Shown in pieces: positions 63,367 to 64,000 of a stretch of DNA of 64,000 nt. The notes below the pieces were generated by a model, which was not told where the DNA came from, ran no database searches, and saw only the letters and a list, made by a program, of their open reading frames with translations. The stretch is taken from NCBI GenBank assembly GCA_048497855.1, contig JBEHZB010000006.1:108153-172152 (forward strand), given 5' to 3'. A program made the position numbers and the translations under genes. The stretch's first letter is position 1; every line of letters begins with the position of its first letter. The stretch comes from Bacteroidota bacterium (GTDB taxonomy: Bacteria; Bacteroidota; Bacteroidia; Chitinophagales; Chitinophagaceae).

Positions 63367-64000
63367 ATGATGACAATTATCAAGCATAAAGTTTATCCTG
63401 CTGTTGGATTGATCGTTCTTTTATCAATGCTGAGCAATGTTTCTTTTTCTCAAAAGATAAATATAACACAGCAATTCAATAATGCACAACAACAGGTAAC
63501 CTACATGCTGGCAGTTATTGATGCCGCAAAAAAAGATACGGCTGCGGCAAAACTGGTTTCTCCACGGTCGATAGAAAATGGAAAAATAAAACTGGTAAAA
63601 GCATCTGACTGGACAAGCGGCTTTTTCCCCGGCGAGCTATGGCTGCTGTATGAATACACCGGCAGGCAGCAATGGCTGAATGAAGCCAAAAGATATACGG
63701 CATTGATAAAAGATCAACAATTCAACGGCACTACGCATGATCTTGGTTTTATGATCTATAAAAGTTTTGGCACTGGTTATCGCTTAACAGGAGATACTGC
63801 ATATCGTAACGTGATCATACAAGCCGCAAGAACGCTGTCCAAAAGATTTAACCCTGTTACCGGTGTGATACGTTCCTGGGATTTTACCATGGATAAATGG
63901 GAGTACCCTGTCATCATTGATAACATGATGAACCTTGAATTATTATTTGAGGCAACAACACTTACCGGCGATTCTTCTTTTTACAGGATCGCTGTTGCGC
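63367..64000 (+). CDS. glycoside hydrolase family 88 (unsaturated glucuronyl hydrolase-like), 5' partial at window end
   Basis: My own translation from ATG 63367 gives MMTIIKHKVY..SFSQ (signal peptide), then VSPRS..G.IKLV.ASDWTSGFFPGELWLLYEYTG, HDLGFM and IIDNMMNLELLFEA. These are typical GH88 blocks. The ORF is open to the window end. Confidence 0.75.
   Translation, partial: MMTIIKHKVYPAVGLIVLLSMLSNVSFSQKINITQQFNNAQQQVTYMLAVIDAAKKDTAAAKLVSPRSIENGKIKLVKASDWTSGFFPGELWLLYEYTGRQQWLNEAKRYTALIKDQQFNGTTHDLGFMIYKSFGTGYRLTGDTAYRNVIIQAARTLSKRFNPVTGVIRSWDFTMDKWEYPVIIDNMMNLELLFEATTLTGDSSFYRIAVA

Overview
This 64-kb window is a Bacteroidota chromosome segment. The evidence is two SusC/SusD pairs, T9SS C-terminal sorting domains, TAnnTTTG-type -7 boxes and OMPs ending in Phe. 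Gene content resembles Chitinophagaceae, but that is only a guess. I support about 48 protein-coding genes and recognised no rRNA, tRNA, CRISPR array, transposase or prophage genes. Housekeeping genes include cutC, ndh, serA, ychF, purC, rnhA, xerD, yraN, ytxJ and an acyl-CoA carboxyltransferase. They are interleaved with four modules. (1) A DeoR-linked SusC/SusD/DUF4397-like locus without CAZymes (8.3-14.8 kb). (2) An Lhr-like helicase plus PdeM pair (17.7-20.9 kb). (3) A TonB-dependent receptor plus fasciclin pair (21.6-25.6 kb). (4) A beta-glucan utilisation locus with a Y_Y_Y/LuxR regulator, SusC/SusD, GH5+CBM6, GH3 and Calx-beta+GH16 (48.1-61.3 kb), followed by a T9SS type-B cargo protein and a truncated GH88. 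Three things are not explained by ordinary annotation. (a) A 1.06-kb gene-free gap (27339-28400) holds an in-phase 42-bp tandem array whose units carry two mini-hairpins with compensatory substitutions. It lies next to an AT-richer three-gene islet (membrane protein, SET-domain methyltransferase, beta-helix protein). (b) An operon encodes a VWA protein plus two paralogous proteins that combine an N-terminal Zn-ribbon-like Cys/His domain, an internal signal-peptide-like segment, CarboxypepD_reg/plug-like modules and a T9SS sorting tail. (c) Intergenic hairpins built from tandem 7-8-nt words are pervasive. All functional calls rest on motif recognition by eye; no database searches were run.
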